Below are positions 60,274-64,000 of a stretch of DNA of 64,000 nucleotides, one piece after another. The notes under the pieces were generated by a model. It saw only the letters and a program-made list of their open reading frames with translations. It had not been told where the DNA came from and did no database searches. Each line of letters starts with the position of its first letter. The stretch's first letter is position 1. The stretch lies in contig BROI01000003.1 in NCBI GenBank assembly GCA_027923505.1, forward strand, positions 1,178,001-1,242,000, given 5' to 3'. The position numbers and the translations under genes were made by a program. This DNA comes from Mayamaea pseudoterrestris. Lineage: Eukaryota.

Positions 60274-62631
60274 CTATGTATCGCTGTCACTCGAGTCATC
60301 ATCCGCCATTTGCTTGACCGCTTCAAGTAGCTCCCTCTTTCGTTCGGACGACTCAACCAATCGTTCAATGTCTAAAGCCTCCTGCTTGTCACTCTCCACC
60401 AGGTCGCGAATCTCACCATCCACCTTGGCTTCCACGTCAAAGACAAACTCGGGATCCTCATTGTCATTGCTTTCCGTCTCGTGACTCGTGTCTCGGTTCA
60501 AATTGCGCTTGACCATCATTTTCTTCAAGGGATTCTCGTTCGCTTGGTGTGGCTCATCCTCGGGCTCCTCCAACGCACCCACGAGTCGCTCCACCTTGGC
60601 CACTAATATCTTCTTTTCGTCAGCCTGCATTATTTCAAAGCACCATCCACGGCTCATGATAAAGTCGCCAACCCGAGGAATCTCGCCGGCACAGTAACAC
60701 AAAAAGCCAGACAAGGTACTAAAATCTTTCAAGGCTTCGCCTTCGGCAAGCTCCAAGCCCAAAATGGTGTTGCAATCCTCCAAGTCGGCATCGCCGCGAA
60801 CGATAAACGTTCCGTCCTCTCGCAACGTAATGGAATCTTCCGAAAATTCAAAATCTTCCTCATCGTCTTCGTCATAAATTTCACCAACTACTTCCTCGAC
60901 AATATCTTCCAGCGACACCAATCCTTCCGTGCCACCAAACTCGTCCACGACAATGGCCATGTGCACGCGGCGGCGTCGCATCTCCTGCAGCACCGACCAG
61001 CCATTGGCAGTGTCGGGAACAAAGTAGCATGGTTCGATCAAGTCGGCTTCCTTGATGGACATTTCCATGCGCTTGGCAAGCTCCAGTGGCGTCAGCGAGC
61101 GCACGTAGCCTTGCGAGTCGCCCTTGGTGGACTTGAGTTCGACGCGCTCTTGCGAGTATTCGTGCGGCTTGCTGCGTGTGGTAGTAGTGCTGGTACTGGG
61201 AGTGGAGGGTTTATCGACAGACGATACCAACGTTGCGGCGGCAGCGTCGTCGGTATTTGCGTCGTCATGCTGCGCCTGCACATCGTTCACATCATGTGCA
61301 TCATGCACTTCCGTCTCCACTGGCGTCTCCTCCACTTTCACAACCACTTCCGTCGGCATGCGAGCCAGCTTCTTGGTGAGTAGACCGTCATCGACAATGA
61401 CGCCATGCACGAAAAAGTCCAATACACTCTTGGCTAAAATGACTCCCACAACATTGTCAATCTCGCCGTCGTACACTGGAATGCGCGAATAGCCCGACTC
61501 GCGAACGACTCCAAGCACCGACACGACGCTCGAGTCGCACGGCACTGCCACCACCTCCACACGAGGTCGCATTATCTCCTTGACGCGCTGATCCTGCAAG
61601 TTCAAAACGCCTTGAATCATTTCCTGCTCGCCATGATCAATCGTTCCACTGTCGAGTGCACCAGTGACAATGAGACGCAGCTGGCTATCTGAAACACCAT
61701 CGCCAGCGCCGGTTCCCTTCATGCCAAACATGGTCAATGTTCGCTTGGCCAGCCAGCTCAATGAACTACCAAGTGGACTGACAATGACGGAAATGATGTT
61801 GACGGGTGGAACCATGAATCGCGCAACGGTTTCAGCATTTGTCACACCCAAGCTCTTTGGCAAAAGCTCCACGAAGAATAGCGTCAAACCGGTCAGTGCA
61901 ATCGCTCCGTATCGCTCACCCCGCGTTCCAAACAAGCCAGCCACGAGATGCGTAAAGAGCGTCGTTGCAAAAATACTGCAGGCAGTGCTTGTCACTAAAA
62001 TCGTCGTCAACACTTTGGTAATATCTTCATTGAGCGTGCGAAAGACACCCTTGGCGTTGCCCTGCTTTTCCTCCTCCTCGGCAATCTCGCGCACCTTCCA
62101 GGGATACAAGGTCGTGATTGCAATCTCGCACGCGTGCAGCAGCGCCAAAACGACAAAGAGGCCGAGAAAGAGGGCGCCCAAGCTCAACGCGTCCTTGCGC
62201 TCCAGCGCCACGACGGATGCGCGACTGCCGAAACCGCCGCCGCCACCCGCCAATGCCATCTTTGGTGACATGCATGCAGTAGATAATAGTGCAATCATGC
62301 TGATTGACGCAAAGTGAAGAATGCGGCGGCGTTTGGAAGTAGATGAAACTGTATTTTGATTTGCTCTTGCTTTCATGGGATTCGACCATGATGATGCTGC
62401 TTCTCTCTTCTCGCGGCTCCATCGCTTCCAAAATTTCCATTTTCCTGATTTAATTCTTCTCTCTATAGTTACTTTATGACTCGCTGTAAGCCTTGTCGTT
62501 GCTTGTAACCTTTTATGTTTTAAGGAAAATGATTGGACGAACTCGGTCGCGCGAGCGGTTCTAGGAAGCGTCGCAAAGCCCTCGACGAGATCATTACAGC
62601 AAATCAACGAGAGAAGTAGATATGAACGCAT
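60274..62631 (-). CDS. CNNM/DUF21-CBS-CorC Mg2+ transporter-like protein, plastid-targeted
   Basis: EIAIT, FFVELLPK, EIMRPR, GYSRIPVY, HMAIVVDEFGGTEGLVSLEDIVEEVVGEIYDE motifs plus a CorC/HlyC domain; presequence ending VEG-F. Confidence 0.92.
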   Translation of the reverse strand: MRSYLLLSLICCNDLVEGFATLPRTARATEFVQSFSLKHKRLQATTRLTASHKVTIERRIKSGKWKFWKRWSREKREAASSWSNPMKARANQNTVSSTSKRRRILHFASISMIALLSTACMSPKMALAGGGGGFGSRASVVALERKDALSLGALFLGLFVVLALLHACEIAITTLYPWKVREIAEEEEKQGNAKGVFRTLNEDITKVLTTILVTSTACSIFATTLFTHLVAGLFGTRGERYGAIALTGLTLFFVELLPKSLGVTNAETVARFMVPPVNIISVIVSPLGSSLSWLAKRTLTMFGMKGTGAGDGVSDSQLRLIVTGALDSGTIDHGEQEMIQGVLNLQDQRVKEIMRPRVEVVAVPCDSSVVSVLGVVRESGYSRIPVYDGEIDNVVGVILAKSVLDFFVHGVIVDDGLLTKKLARMPTEVVVKVEETPVETEVHDAHDVNDVQAQHDDANTDDAAAATLVSSVDKPSTPSTSTTTTRSKPHEYSQERVELKSTKGDSQGYVRSLTPLELAKRMEMSIKEADLIEPCYFVPDTANGWSVLQEMRRRRVHMAIVVDEFGGTEGLVSLEDIVEEVVGEIYDEDDEEDFEFSEDSITLREDGTFIVRGDADLEDCNTILGLELAEGEALKDFSTLSGFLCYCAGEIPRVGDFIMSRGWCFEIMQADEKKILVAKVERLVGALEEPEDEPHQANENPLKKMMVKRNLNRDTSHETESNDNEDPEFVFDVEAKVDGEIRDLVESDKQEALDIERLVESSERKRELLEAVKQMADDDSSDSDT

Positions 62632-63131
62632 ATTGCAGGCTTGCTTGGAATAGAAAATAGCTTTTCTTGACGAGTGCGAACGAGTATCGAATGTCGTGGG
62701 AGTAGGATCGCGAATTTGCGATGATCCAAACGCGGGGTGGTCGGGGTGATGTCACATAGTCCGGCTTTTCATTGCCGCTGGGCAGTAACGCTCCGACGCT
62801 TGACATCGTCAAAGCACACACACACACATAGCTGCTTACTCCGTTTCCATAGTGGAGCACTTCAGCACCTACGATGACTTTAATGCAAAAACGATCTCGT
62901 GGACGATAACTAGTGCAAGTACAAGGACTTGAGTACAAGAAGAACTACGAGTGCGGAACATTTGGCTTGAAAATATTTGTCAGCGCCAGCCCTTTCCCAT
63001 TACTTCGTGAATGCTCGTCCAGTCAAAGATTAAGCCGTTCATCAATACCCAGCGCTTATGTAGCAATAGTCATTCGACATTATTATAAAACGCATAGTGC
63101 CTATTCATTTAGCACAACTTGTTGATACAAA

Positions 63132-64000
63132 CTATGGCGCCTTGACGCGAATATGTGCCCGCGGATGTCCCACGGCGCTGCCCAGCCACTTGCACAGCGC
63201 GGGAATGTAAAAGTAGCGCTCGCGCATGATGGCAACGTACTCGCTCGTGTAGTTGATCCCCAGCACGTACCACTGTCCCTCGCAGCGAATGGACGGCGGG
63301 TCGGGAGCGTTGAATATAAGAGTGCCGTATAGCAACACGACCATGCCCACTAGTTGGATCCAGCTGTATTCATTCCATGATTCGCCGTATTTGCCATTCG
63401 TAAGGACATAGAATATGAACAAGTCTGTGGCCCAGACGGTGACAGGCCGAAAGTTGTCGAGTATAGAATGCCAAACACTGCTCATATCCAGCGTGACTGT
63501 GGAATGTGCAGAGGTCAAAGGCAATAAAAACAGTGGTAAGTTGGCAAAAGTCTCGGGACATTAGAGAGGCCTCATGTACTTACTCAAAACCGCAAACAGG
63601 TTGTAGGCGAAAATTGTTCCAACATAGAAAGCAAACATGATCTGGATCGACGGCGTATCTTTGATCAGTTCCCATGTCGTAGCTGGATTCTCAAACGAGC
63701 CGCGATCACTTCCAGGGACAAGCATTGCAATCGGAGTCAGTACGACGGTGCAAATCAGTGTTCCCCAGAATCCCTCCATACCGAACAAGAGAAGCGGCGG
63801 CACCTTGAATGTTTCCGTCGTCATGACCTTTTCTTCGAATACAAACTGCAGCGACTGAATAAACGTTGCCAGCAGCATGAACAAAATACCCACCATCGTA
63901 TGGTTAGAGTCGTCGGCGATAGCCTTGCTGTTGGCGTTCCAGACCGCCGCAAGTCCAACCAATGTGAGCGCCACAACGTTCCATAGAACTCCAATCCATT
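63132..64000 (-). CDS. SLC35F6-like transporter paralog (3' part; runs off the window)
   Basis: QFVFEEKVM, PPLLLFGMEGFWG and WHSILDNFR motifs; intron at the same position as in 55596-57088. Confidence 0.85.

Overview
Gene-dense eukaryotic nuclear DNA, very probably from a pennate diatom. This is an inference from short GT-AG introns, many signal-peptide plus ASAF-type bipartite plastid presequences, and RxL motifs in secreted proteins. About 25 protein genes can be supported: a Lin0512-family protein, two MATE transporters, an LRR-like protein, a VIR3/M41-like metallopeptidase, two glycosyltransferase-like proteins, a polyQ protein, a TLC protein, two tandem subtilisins, DEX1-like, an S10 carboxypeptidase, fibrillin, a BASS symporter, a Sec-less SEP15-like protein, a large sacsin-type GHKL ATPase/HExxH protein, a methyltransferase, HYOU1/Grp170, a MYND protein, two SLC35F-like transporters, glutathione reductase and a CNNM/CBS protein. 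Non-coding features are a D-lactate dehydrogenase pseudogene and two non-autonomous DNA transposons (one with a TA duplication at 1320-1855, one PIF/Harbinger-type with a TTA duplication at 59227-60211). The most unusual signal is a pair of strongly base-paired, unclassified non-coding elements at about 45370-45570 and 45822-46113 that share a motif. All calls come from reading the sequence by eye; no database searches or folding programs were run.
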